A stretch of DNA of 62,743 nucleotides, filler included, from Hydrolagus affinis (lineage: Eukaryota): assembly GCA_012026655.1 (NCBI GenBank). It is 4 parts of 4 records of this genome, joined end to end, with 100 filler letters (N's around TTAATTAATTAA, not from the genome) between each part and the next. Parts side by side here need not be neighbours in the genome. Positions count along the whole stretch, not along the records: positions 1 to 22,956 come from JAAILG010011442.1; 3 more parts are not named here. The stretch is one strand, 5' to 3'. Positions 11,820 through 23,056 of this stretch are shown piece after piece (positions within the stretch are counted from its first letter, which is position 1; every line of letters begins with the position of its first letter). A model generated the notes under the pieces. It was not told where the DNA came from. It saw only the letters and a program-made list of their open reading frames with translations, and did not search any database. A program made the position numbers and the translations under genes.

Positions 11820-13593
11820 GTAAGTGTGACCATAATCAAAATATATTTTTTACAGTAATAGTTCAGCTGAATTTTCATATGTATTACTCGCAATTATTGT
11901 TGTTTCCGAACAGACAAGCTTGGCCTCAGGATAATAAACTGTGGCTAATGTCAGAATAACTTATAACAAAAGGATTGACGGCAATGCATACAACACAACA
12001 CGCATGATACTGATGGGTCAGAGAGATTTAGAAACATAAGAACTGTGTGAAGTAATATGACCCTGGAGCCTGTCCCGCCATTCAATAAGAACATGGCTGA
12101 TGTTTTAATCTAACTCCACGCACACCTCTTATCACCGTATCCCTTCTTCTATTGATAAACCAGAAATCTATCATCCTCAGTCTTGAATTTGTTCAAGAAC
12201 TGAGCAATCACAGCCCTTTGGGACAGAGAATTCCATACATTCACTACGCTCTGAGTGAAGTTCTTTAACTCAATGCGAAAGGGCTGTCCCCCTAATTTTA
12301 ATACTGTGATCCCTGGTTATAGTTTCTCCAACCAGGGGAAACAGTCTTCCACTATCCACTCTTCCACTCTGGAACTCAGTACCGCTGTCCCTCCGCCTTG
12401 CCAACCTCCCTGCCCTCCTGGAAGACCCACCTAAAATCCCTCGTCTTTCACAGATACTTTGGTCACCCGAAATCCCACTTTCCCTCACTCCCTCTAACAA
12501 CCCCATCTCTGGCCACAGCTCGGGTCTGAAATAATGTCTGCCCAACGTTCTGGGCGTACTCCTGACGTGAAAGGCGCTGTACACGTGTAGTTCTTGATCC
12601 TTCATCCTGATGAGTTTACGTTGCAACGCATTTTGAGCCATTTTCCTGGCATGAGAGATGCAAAATTTAATTTAGTTGCATTATTTCCAACAATATGCAC
12701 AGAATAGTATAGAAAATGTTGCTAAATACAAATGGAGATAGACAGATCAATTGGGAGGATAGAGTAAGAAGATAAAATTGGGACATAAATAAAAGAAAAC
12801 ACAGTGACACAGGAGAAATATAATAAGTAAAACAATAAAATGAAAAGTCACAAACAACATCAAGATACGTTAGTCCGAGCCATTAATAATAATAGCATTT
12901 GATATAGCAACATACACGGTTTTCGAGATGGCAACAAAATGCGTGGTAGCACAAATTGCAATGTTAGTTCATTGCATATATTTCAGCCAGAAGCAGGAGA
13001 CAATTGCACTAACATCCCACAAACAATCGTGGTTTATTTATTAGTTATTATAGTAATTATTGACGACCCAGTGTGCTGGATATATATAGCCCTGCAACCC
13101 ATCTGGGTTTCTGAATCATCTGGAGTTCGAGGGGATGTGGAAGATTTGGCGAGTTGGCAATCAATGGATAGAGTGATGTGGTCCGTCGGGTGAGGGTTAA
13201 GCAAGAATGTAAGAGAGCAAGAAAGAAAAACAGCAAGAAAGAAAAACAGCAAGAAAGACTGCATGAAAGACAGAAAGACAGCAAGAAAGAAAGAATTAGA
13301 GAGAGAGAGAGAGAGAGGGGGATAGAGAGAGAGAGAGAGAGAGAATAGACTAATAGTTCTCAGCCATGTCCTACATACTCTCGTGGAATGAGATGCAAAG
13401 ATGCAAATATACTAAGGTAAAACAACAAAAGAAAGAAATATATAAAAGATAAACGGAAACAAACGTTCGCTTCTGTGCTACGTGAAGCCGCATTAAGGCA
13501 GTTCAGAGAATAAGATTAAATTGGGATTTATTTGCAATAGGAGCCGGCAGTTTTGATGTGCTTAAACTGATTTTTGATTTGCATAATTTTCAG

Positions 13594-13944
13594 ATGTTTT
13601 CAGTGTCTCAGTAAAGCAGACGCCAACCTCGGTTACGAGAAAGGAATGTGAGTCTTTGTCCATCAACTGCGTCTTTGAAGGCGGACCTTGTGAGACTTTC
13701 AATCGAATGAATTTTTTTAGAAAAATTGAACAAGGGAAACAGAGGGAGTCCATTCCTATTGATGGGCGGTTCACTGTAACAACAGACGAGGCATCGAATT
13801 CTTCTTCTCTAGAAATCAGTGCTTTGGAAATTCAAGACAGCGCTACCTACTATTGTAACGTTCGATATGAGGAATATCGTCACACATTGAGAAGCTCAGT
13901 TAAACACAAATATGCGTTTGGAACAAAAGTAACTGTTACAAAAA
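13594..13944 (+). CDS. Germline-joined VNAR-like VDJ exon 3 (JV3)
   Basis: ttttcag acceptor; 351-bp open exon DVFSVSVKQTP..KECESLSINCVFEGGPCETF..DSATYYCNVRYEEYRHTLRSSVKHKYAFGTKVTVTK; A|GTAAGT donor. Confidence 0.92.
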
Positions 13945-14849
13945 GTAAGTGCGAAAAAATCCAAAAATAATTTTGGAAAAAAAAATTCAGATGCATTTTC
14001 AGTTGCATATTTGGCATTCTTTGCTGGCTACAAGCTGACACGATTGATCTCCGGTCAATGAACTGTTGCTGTTGCCAGAAAAACCCTAATAATAAAAAGA
14101 ATGAAGTCAACGTATCCAACACATCACGCAGTTAACTGATGGGTCAGTCTGTTCAACAGGTAGCAATCGTACTTCTCAGTTAAAAGGTTGTAAATTGAGG
14201 CACCATATCGCACAATGATCCCATCTAGTGTGAGCTACAGTGCAAATGCAGTATTAGATTGGCTTCTAACAACCAACGTTTCAAACTCAAGATCCTGATC
14301 CTCACATTCACAGCCCTCAATGCCTACATCTGTTTCTTCATAACCCGCAACGAAACAGCTCGACCCCCTGCTCAGCAGTCACCGGCCTGCTCCACGTCCT
14401 CCGACCAACAACTCTACCATTGGCGGTCGAGCATTCAGCCACACTGTCCCCATCCCTGTAACTCCATCCGAAAGTCACTTCACCTCGCGCCCTACCTGAT
14501 CTCTTGCAAGTCCCGCCTAAAATCCTCCTCTTTCGCAAACCCTTTGGTCACCACAAATCTCCCCCATTCCATTTATCCACATCCATTTCCCAAGCTGGGG
14601 TCCCAAATAATGACTGTCCATCGCCTTAGTACGTCTTCCTGACGTGTAAGGCGCTATAGAATTGTAAATTTGTTATTGTTGTTATTGTTCATTCATCCTC
14701 ACAAGTTTCATCATGTAAAGCTGTTTGAGCCAATTTACTGGCGAGAAATTATAAAATTTATTATTTATTAAGGTCAATATTGAGAACCCAATGCGCTTGA
14801 CAATTATAAACTTGCGCTCGATCTGGGGTTTCTGAATAACGTGGTGTCA

Positions 14850-15714
14850 NNNNNNNNNNNNNNNNNNNNNNNNNNNNNNNNNNNNNNNNNNNNNNNNNNN
14901 NNNNNNNNNNNNNNNNNNNNNNNNNNNNNNNNNNNNNNNNNNNNNNNNNNNNNNNNNNNNNNNNNNNNNNNNNNNNNNNNNNNNNNNNNNNNNNNNNNNN
15001 NNNNNNNNNNNNNNNNNNNNNNNNTTAAAAAAAATAAAGAATGCACTTTTCTTCTGCTGAAAGTGATACTGCACCAAGGGGCTCACAAACTGAGAGAGAC
15101 GTGATATTGGAAACAAGCCAGAGAGTTCAGCTCCTCCAGCAGCAATTTTAAATTAATAGCATTTACAGAGGGGAATTCCATCTCCCTCAACTGTAAACTA
15201 ACTTAGTTAACTGTAAATACTGACACCTGGTTCTCTGCTATACTTTCCCATGATCATAGACAAGCAACGCTTCAATGTGAGCAATCTCCTATCGCAAACA
15301 ACTTTACGACTAAGCAAGCAAAATTTAACTAATTCGTGTATTTATCAGAGCTAATATTAATCCTCGCTTGTGATATAATGCTCTCCAGACCTTTGAGGCA
15401 TCTCAAAGCTTTACAGCTTGCATAGTAAACTATAAGGACTATACAAGGATACAGTCAAATAACCTTTCACTGTATTCTGTGAAGTGTTTTGAGATTCCAA
15501 CATAGTTGAAATCTGCTATATGAAACGCAAAGATTATTATTATTGACAAGTATTGAGTCTTATTATTATTTAGAGTTATATTGTTTGCGGGCGAAATTAT
15601 ATGGACAATGCAGCNNNNNNNNNNNNNNNNNNNNNNNNNNNNNNNNNNNNNNNNNNNNNNNNNNNNNNNNNNNNNNNNNNNNNNNNNNNNNNNNNNNNNN
15701 NNNNNNNNNNNNNN
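14850..15714. other. Two assembly gaps (14850-15024, 15615-15714) inside the NAR-TCR cassette
   Basis: N runs of 175 and 100. Confidence 1.
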
Positions 15715-16354
15715 GGTTATATAAATGGTGTCAAGGAAATAGGCATACGGGTTGTGTCTGCACTAAAATCCGGATTAACTTCAGCAGCTCATCCATTCCT
15801 ATTATTATCTCACTGGTGTTTTCCCACCAGTGAGATAATAATATTCCTTACATTTGATTAAAAAAAACCTTTCTTGGAATCATTAAAGTTTTTAATGGAT
15901 ACATGTGAAGGATCTCAGAGACTTGGACAGCGTAATAAGGAATACTAACAGAATGGAAAAGGATGAGGCACTTGGCATGAATGAAGAGACGAGAGCTAGG
16001 CAAGGTTCTTCTTGGAACAATGAAGTTTAAGTGAGTGATTGATAGAGCAGGTACAGAGAATCTCTTCCACTGGCCAGTGGATTATTAACCAATCGTCAAG
16101 CAAAGAGCCAGAGGGGAGATAATCACAATTATTTCACAATATGGAATGTGCGCCTGAAACTATGATACAAGCAGATTGAGTAATAAATTTCAAAAGGTGT
16201 TTGTATAAGTAGAGTAATCCAAATGAAATTTGCTGGATGGCTATATGATAGGAGCATGGGTGTGGGATTAGATGGACAGCACATTCAAATGCCTATACGG
16301 AAGCACTGCCTTCTTCTTTGCTGTAAGATTGTAGTGCAGTCCTGTATCTTAATG

Positions 16355-16660
16355 ATTAGAGCACTCGACTTAAAAGCGTAAGACTTGTGTTCGAATCCAA
16401 GCAGGTCAGCTCAAAAGCGTGAGCAAGTTTCTTTACTCCACACGCCTAATAATCAATATTCCAAAATAACACAATAATAAAATTGGTAATTTGAATCCAC
16501 GACTGTTTGTGGGAAACCGCCGTGAGCAATTGCCTGCCGCATTTCGCCGACAAATATACGGAGAACTCACTTTACAGTTTAATCTGCAAAGCGCTTCGAG
16601 ACGCCAAGAAAATATCAAAAGTGCTATACAAAATGCAAGGATTCTTATTGTTATATTATG
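16355..16660 (+). mobile_element. tRNA-derived SINE with LINE-like tail (representative of dozens of copies)
   Basis: A/B-box head (tagagcactcg..gttcgaatcc), conserved body (ggctgccgcgtttcgccc) and tail (aagcgc..gacg..gctata..tattatt). Other copies e.g. ~9480-9780 (-), 17310-17600 (-), 31770-32080, 41110-41420, 44500-44830 (-), 50830-51130. Confidence 0.75.
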
Positions 16661-16700
16661 ACTTTGTAGTTCCAACTAATCTCTAATTTGCACCCCATAG

Positions 16701-17026
16701 GATCGAGTTATCCAGTTGAACTTTCAGCGAATTATACAGTTTCTCAGTCATCGCCTGAACAAAGGGCTATTGTAGGTGAGAAAGTGGATTTACAATGCCA
16801 ATATTCAGGAATCTGCGGACAGAATTTCATTGTCTACTGGTACCGTCAGTTCCCTGGTGAGGCACCGATATACCTTCTCCACAGAAACCCCTCAATGGAG
16901 AGAGGAAACCCCACTGGAGATCGTATTTCTGCTTCTCTTGACACTGCCAAGAAAATCAGCATTTTAACCATCGCCAGCCTGCAGCTGCCAGACTCCGCTA
17001 TGTATCACTGTGCAGTCAGTCTGCAC
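16701..17026 (+). CDS. NAR-TCR supporting V-delta (apparently leaderless, CDR1 Cys)
   Basis: Two in-phase acceptors (AG ending 16700 or 16727). VDLQCQYSGICGQNFIVYWYRQ..DSAMYHCAVSL with non-canonical CDR1 Cys at 16814-16816. RSS CACAGTG-23-ACAATAACC at 17027-17065. Confidence 0.85.
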
Positions 17027-19510
17027 CACAGTGATACACATCATAGGAAGCCTTGTACAATAACCCTCATCAAAACCAAACACTGGCAAACAGTAAATAG
17101 CAGTGAGACACCATGTAACAATCCCTCAGCTAACTGTCACCATAGATAACGTATTGTTGACTTCATATCAAGTCAATTTAAAAAAAAAGTGATGCATCAC
17201 TAGCTGTATATTATATGTGTTGTTTTTAGAAACCACTAGCAGATTGTGATTCATGTTTGTTAGAATTAAGACATGTTAATATTAACACTAACATTAACAA
17301 TAATCGTTGCATTGGACGTAGCGCATTTCACGTTTTCGCAAAGCGTCTCAAAGCGCATCACAGAACACTCTGTCAAGTGACTTGACTCTGTATTTGTGGG
17401 GGAGCGAAACGAGCCAGCCATGTGAGTACAGCAGCGTCATCACAAACAATGATGGATTGAACTGACCAATTTATTGTTGGTGATTTTTTGGGGGGTTTGC
17501 GACGGATTATTATTGAGTGTGTGGATTAACGAAAATTGCCCAAGGTTTCGCCCTGCGTGGATTCCAAACACATTTCTCACTGTGTGTGAAATCCACTCTT
17601 ATGCACAGTTCGTACATAATGCGAATGTTTTAAAGTATGATTTCGTTTTTATAAAAATAATAATACCCAAGGAAAGCAGACCGCTATTTTAATACAACAG
17701 GGTTCCTAACGATTGCATTTTAAACTGAGGCCTGTGGAGTATAGATATCTGCCTAATGTGTTGCACTGTCCTGGTATCGATCCCAACATCAACAACAACA
17801 TAATGACGTGTGCAGAGCGCCTCTCACGTCGGGACGTTCACTGAAGAGATTGACTGTTACTGTGGCTGCAACTACCACAGCCACGTGTTACCATGCGATC
17901 ACACAAGCCATGTTACAATCAGACTGCTGTCAGCCTGCCCCACTTTACATTAACCTGCCAATAGGAGAGAAATGGTTTAATCTCAGCACACATGCCTGGA
18001 CTGATTGTTGAACTATTTGACAATCTGCTGACTCTGCTGCTGTGTCTCAGAGGAAACTCGTGATTGCTTTCCAACCACAAGAAGTATAAGTGATAGAGTG
18101 GTTCATGTAGGGAAAAAGTTCAATTAAAAATAACAAAATCTTACATTTTATACTTTTGATAAATGAGATATTTTGCAATTATTCTTCCACACACTGTGTT
18201 ACCGTCAGACTATACCATTGACATGAAAACACCCAAGGGCAGACAAATGTTTGAATCGCAGCACAGATGTCATTATTGACTGTTGACATATTTGACAATT
18301 ACTGACTTTGCTGCTGCGTCTCTCAGAGGAAACACGTGACAATGCAATATCTCAACTGCAAACAAAAGTGGTGGATACATTCATGCAGGGAAAGGGGAAA
18401 AATCAAGGAAATAATAATAATCTTTCTCATTGATACAACACATAATGGAGAGTCTCAAAAGCACATCACCTGTCTCACAAACCGTGGAGCTCCTCTAATT
18501 CAGTGGTTATAGCACTCGCCTGACAAGCGTGAGACCTGTGTTCGTATACAGGCAGTTCAGGGTGAAAACTTGGACAAGCTTCCTTACTCCACGAACACAT
18601 ACAGACACATACACTGACACACAGACACACACACACCAGATATTCATCCCTCCAAGAAAAACACATTAATGAAATTAGCCATTTCAACCTATGAAATTAT
18701 AGGTTTAGTAAACTAAATAACTAATTAAAAAAATATTATTCAGTTTATGGTTTTTAGTTTTCTTCAGTATTGAGTCATGTATTTATATTTTACTAGATGG
18801 TGTTGAAATAGTAATCCTTGTTTCTGATACAATTATAATAATGTCGACACTCAGCAATAATGCTGCAATAATAATAGAATAATAGTAAATAAATTGACTG
18901 TATATCTGTTGGCGAAACACAACAGCCAATTGTGCACAGCAGCGTTTGTGGGTAAGAAGTCGTGGGGCGAGACTTGAAGGTGGCCAGGGTGGTGACGAGA
19001 CGAGGGGACCAAAATGGTGTTCCAGAGATTGGGAGCAGAGTGACTGAAGGCTCACCCGCCATTGGTTGGGCGGGTGAGTCGGCGGACGTGGAACAGGCCA
19101 GAGCCTGCTGATCGCAGCGGACGGGTAGTTTGATAGTGGGATAGCATGTCACGGATAAAGGATGGCGCACGCTTGTGGATACTTGAAATGTGAGTACCAG
19201 TATCTTGAACTGGATCCTCTGAATGATGGGGAGCCAATGATGTCGGGCAACGCAGAGTAAACGGGTTCACGGAGTGTGGAACCGTAGAGTACACGGGCTG
19301 CAGTGTTCTGGATTATCTGCAGCCTGCAGAGGGAGGAATTACGAAGGCCGATTAGCAGGGTATTTGCCTATTCTAGCCAACAAGGCCACAGGAGGGCGTG
19401 ACATGAAGCAGTGCTGTTCTGTCACGGAAATGATGTTGAAACATCTCTACGTCGACAAGCAGTTTGTGTAATGCAACTCTGGTGCAATGGTATTTTACCG
19501 AGGAGCAACA

Positions 19511-20459
19511 ATGCGACTGTTTATCACTTCGCTTCTCTTATTGAGCTTTATGTCAGGTGAGGCTGTGACAACACAACACACAAGGTTATTGAAATAGATC
19601 CTTTCTCTTCTGACGATGATTGATAGTCCTGGCTTATATTTCGAGAATTGCGTTTGACTGTTGAGTTCTTCGGAAGGGAAAGACAATAATGGTATTAATA
19701 ATAGTCCCTTTGTTTGATGTAGTGACTCATCACTTCTTTGATGCAACATAATGCGCGTCATGCGTCAGAATAATTAACTATATTATTTGTAAGAGAAACG
19801 TGGCAGCGAATTATATATAAAATAATGATAATCTTTGCGTTTGATGTAGTGCTTTTCACGTCTTATCGACCTCTCAAAGCGCTTCACAGAATATACAAGC
19901 AGAAATTAACTGAGTGGTCGAACATTTAAATAGCTATTGTTCCAATAAAGGCAATGTGACAATTAACAAACGATTGGTTCCTCCATTACTACTTATTTAA
20001 TAGTGTGTGTGTGTTGACCAAGTTAACTTGCCCAATGGTTTGTCCTGTCCCGGAACCTTACGCGATTCTTCTCATATATGAGGCTAGTGGTCTATCTGGA
20101 CAATAATAGCACCAAGTTTGATGTTGATCCTTTTATCTGATTGCAGATGTGTTGCTGGAAGATTCGGTTAGACAACAGTTACCCAGGCTGAGCAAACAAG
20201 AGGGAGACTCGGCGAGTCTGAGCTGCTCATATACCACCAGCTCGTCCTACGCCGCTCTGTACTGGTACAGACATTACCCAGGATTCGCTCCTCAATACAT
20301 TCTATACAGGACTACTAATGAAAATAGTTACTATGCAGATTTTGCCAAAGGTCACTTTTCTTCACAGCTTGACAAGATTCAGAAACAATCCACATTAAGC
20401 ATAACGAGTCTCACGTTCACTGACGCTGCCACCTATCATTGTGGTTTAAGAACAAGCAG
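19511..20459 (+). CDS. TRAV/TRDV segment, apparently functional
   Basis: Leader 19511-19556 (MRLFITSLLLLSFMS G|GTGAGG). V exon 20147-20459 open with Cys/Trp/Cys. RSS CACAGTG-23-ACAAAAACC at 20460-20498. Confidence 0.92.
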
Positions 20460-21169
20460 CACAGTGCTGCAAGTCAACGGATTGCCTGTACAAAAACCTA
20501 GTCAAGACTGACGCACCATGATACCCCAACAAACAGTCAATTGAAGTCAAACGCAGATTTATGCTGAGAGCATTCGCCACGCAATTGAGAATACCGTGGT
20601 TTGATAAACAGCAGGGTGAAGGTTTGGGCAAGTTTCCATCTTCCAAGCAGTATTAACTAGCAATAAGATGCAAAACGTTTGTGAGTTAATAATTGCTTAT
20701 CGAGTGATTAATATTCGTGGATGAAAAATGTTAGTCCCTCAATCCACGACTGCTTGTGGGACTCTGTTGTTTGAAATGGGTTGTCGTGTTTCCCACACAA
20801 TCCGAATCATTGGACAATTTTCCTTACTCCACACACACACGCTTGATAATAATCCATCCAAAAAACACCACAACAATAAAAATTGCTCATTTCAATCGAC
20901 GACTGTTTTGGGGGACGCCGTTGTGTGCAATTGGCTCCCGCGTTTCGCTCACAAATGTACAATCAATTCACTTTACAGTATATTTTGTGAAGAGCTTTGA
21001 GACGTCGACAAGATTTGAAAAAGCGCTATAGCAAATGCAAGTATTATTAGTATTCGTGTACAGTAAATTTTATTTTTCTGCAGAAATGTATCTTTCTAAA
21101 AGGTGGTTCAGGACCAAGGGGCCGAATGGCCTCTTCCCGCTCTGAATCTATATGTTGCATTCTTATGAA

Positions 21170-21640
21170 CACTGCCACACATACACACACAATTACACAC
21201 AAAATGTCATACAGGCTCAGCATTGTCACACAGACACACAAGAGCACTGACACACAATTGACCACACACTCTCGCACCCACTCATACACTCACTTGCACA
21301 CATATACTTTCAGCAACGCACATGGGCACACATACCCAGTCACACATGTTGAAGAACACACACGCACTTTCACACATAAGTGCATACACACACACATTAG
21401 CACATTTGCACATACATACACATGCATACACAATGAAACATAGGCACGCAAAAAACACACAATCACACACACTACCACACAAACAAACACTCTCTTTCAC
21501 GTAGACATACAGCATGTCGCACAAATGTATCAACACCAAACACACACATTGTCACATCGCAAATACACAACGTCACACACCTACGTACTAACACACAGAC
21601 ACACACAGACACAGACACTCACACACACACAGACTCTCTG
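21170..21640. repeat. Degenerate (CA)n-rich tract
   Basis: Direct reading; similar tracts at ~37805-37920 and 50370-50450. Confidence 0.85.
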
Positions 21641-22590
21641 ACAACAACAACAACTTCGATTTAAGTAGCTCCATTCACGCTGTACAGCGTCTCAGAGCGC
21701 TTCACAATAGCGGATTGCGAGAACAAGCCAGGGGAAGGGTCAAAAAGCTGACGAAAAGCGCAGTCGAAGAGAAAGGTCTTCAGCTGTGACTTGATACGGT
21801 GAAGAGAGAGGGCCAGGTGAAATGAGTCAGGAAGGGAATTCCAGACCCTCGGGGCGTAGTGGCTGAAAGGCCCGGCCGCCGAGTGTCGGATGATGTGAGG
21901 AACTCTGTGAGGGTCTCAGGTCGAGACGTTTCCAAGGGCGGAAATGTACAGTTTAATGTTTGGTGGAGGAGAGAGGGATGGGAGTGGAGAAGGAGAGAAA
22001 AAAGTGGTCCGAGATGGCCTTATCCGAGATGCTGAGTTTGGAATTGTGAAGACCGTGGGTGATAATGAGTTAGAGGGCGTGGTCACGGTTGTGGGTGTGA
22101 GAGTCAATATGAAGGGTGAGGTTTAGGGAGGTGACGAGAGCAGTGAAATGGGAAGAGGTGGTGCAGGGGGAGTTTAGGTGAAGGTTGAAGTCACCCATAA
22201 TCAGCAGACGTTCAGAGCAGAGTGAAAGGGAGGAGAAGAGAGTGGTGATATCGGGGAGGAAAGAGCGAGGGGTTCGGGAGGACGATAAAGATGGAATTTT
22301 AAGGAAAGCGAAGGATGGTAGAGCGTGGAGTGTTCCAAGGAGTGGTAAAAGCCAGAATAGGGGGAGAGAACAATGGAGGAGTTGGAGATGATGGCCACCC
22401 CGCCACCGCGTTGGTTGGGGCGAGGGGTGTGTTAGAAAGTGTAGCCTGGAGGAAGGCCTCAACTAGAGGCACGGGGTCATTGGGGAACGTCAGGTTTCCG
22501 TAAGGACAAGAATATCAATGTTCTCATCCAGGATGAGGTCACAGATAGAGGGCTTTGTTGGAAAGGGATCGGACTTTCTGGAGGGTAATG
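21640..22590 (-). mobile_element. L2-like LINE fragments including AP-endonuclease region
   Basis: Minus-strand translation LLIMGDFNLHLN..THNRDHAL (GDFN..H motif) and reversed LINE tail at ~21650. Further LINE-like fragments lie at ~23340-23810. Confidence 0.7.
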
Positions 22591-22956
22591 CCACTTCTGT
22601 CTTATGAATTTAAGTTCTGAGCAACATGGATAACTTCTCAACTCATTTGCAAAGATTGGGACAACAAATTAGTGATTTAGTGATCGTTTAGTGATTAAAA
22701 TAAAAGGAAATGGTTGCAGAAAGGGTGTGTTCAATTCTACACTGGTGTGTACTCAGCATCGTAGAGGTCGTGTCTGTTTAACTGTGCGTAAACCAATACG
22801 AACATGCTCTCCCGATCTGTGGCATTGAACTTGAACCCTGGCAATTCATAGGTGGTCCTGCAAAGGTGCTCCCAGCACGATGAGGACCGATATTCATTGG
22901 TTACCGGCTGGAGAGTGTAATATGGAATGGTGTTGGTGAACATATGTTTGTATAGC

Positions 22957-23056
22957 NNNNNNNNNNNNNNNNNNNNNNNNNNNNNNNNNNNNNNNNNNNN
23001 TTAATTAATTAANNNNNNNNNNNNNNNNNNNNNNNNNNNNNNNNNNNNNNNNNNNN
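22957..23056. other. Unsized scaffold join (44N-TTAATTAATTAA-44N)
   Basis: The same spacer recurs at 38480-38579 and 50608-50707. Confidence 0.95.

Noticed and set aside
13401-13408. Octamer ATGCAAAT upstream of JV3
   Set aside because: No hydrophobic, in-phase leader exon follows, and similar strings occur in SINE tails.
16355-16410. tRNA-like A/B boxes (many copies)
   Set aside because: These are heads of a tRNA-derived SINE, each followed by the SINE body; no complete cloverleaf seen.
21126-21545. Overlapping His/Thr- and Val/Cys-rich ORFs
   Set aside because: Translation of a CA microsatellite; the same applies to ORFs at 37628-38040.
22737-22943. 68-aa minus-strand ORF beside a gap
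   Set aside because: No recognisable family or clear donor site; cannot be supported without blastx.
23001-23012. TTAATTAATTAA inside N runs (also 38524 and 50652)
   Set aside because: It is identical and centred in 44N flanks, and gives stops in all six frames: an assembly spacer, not biology.
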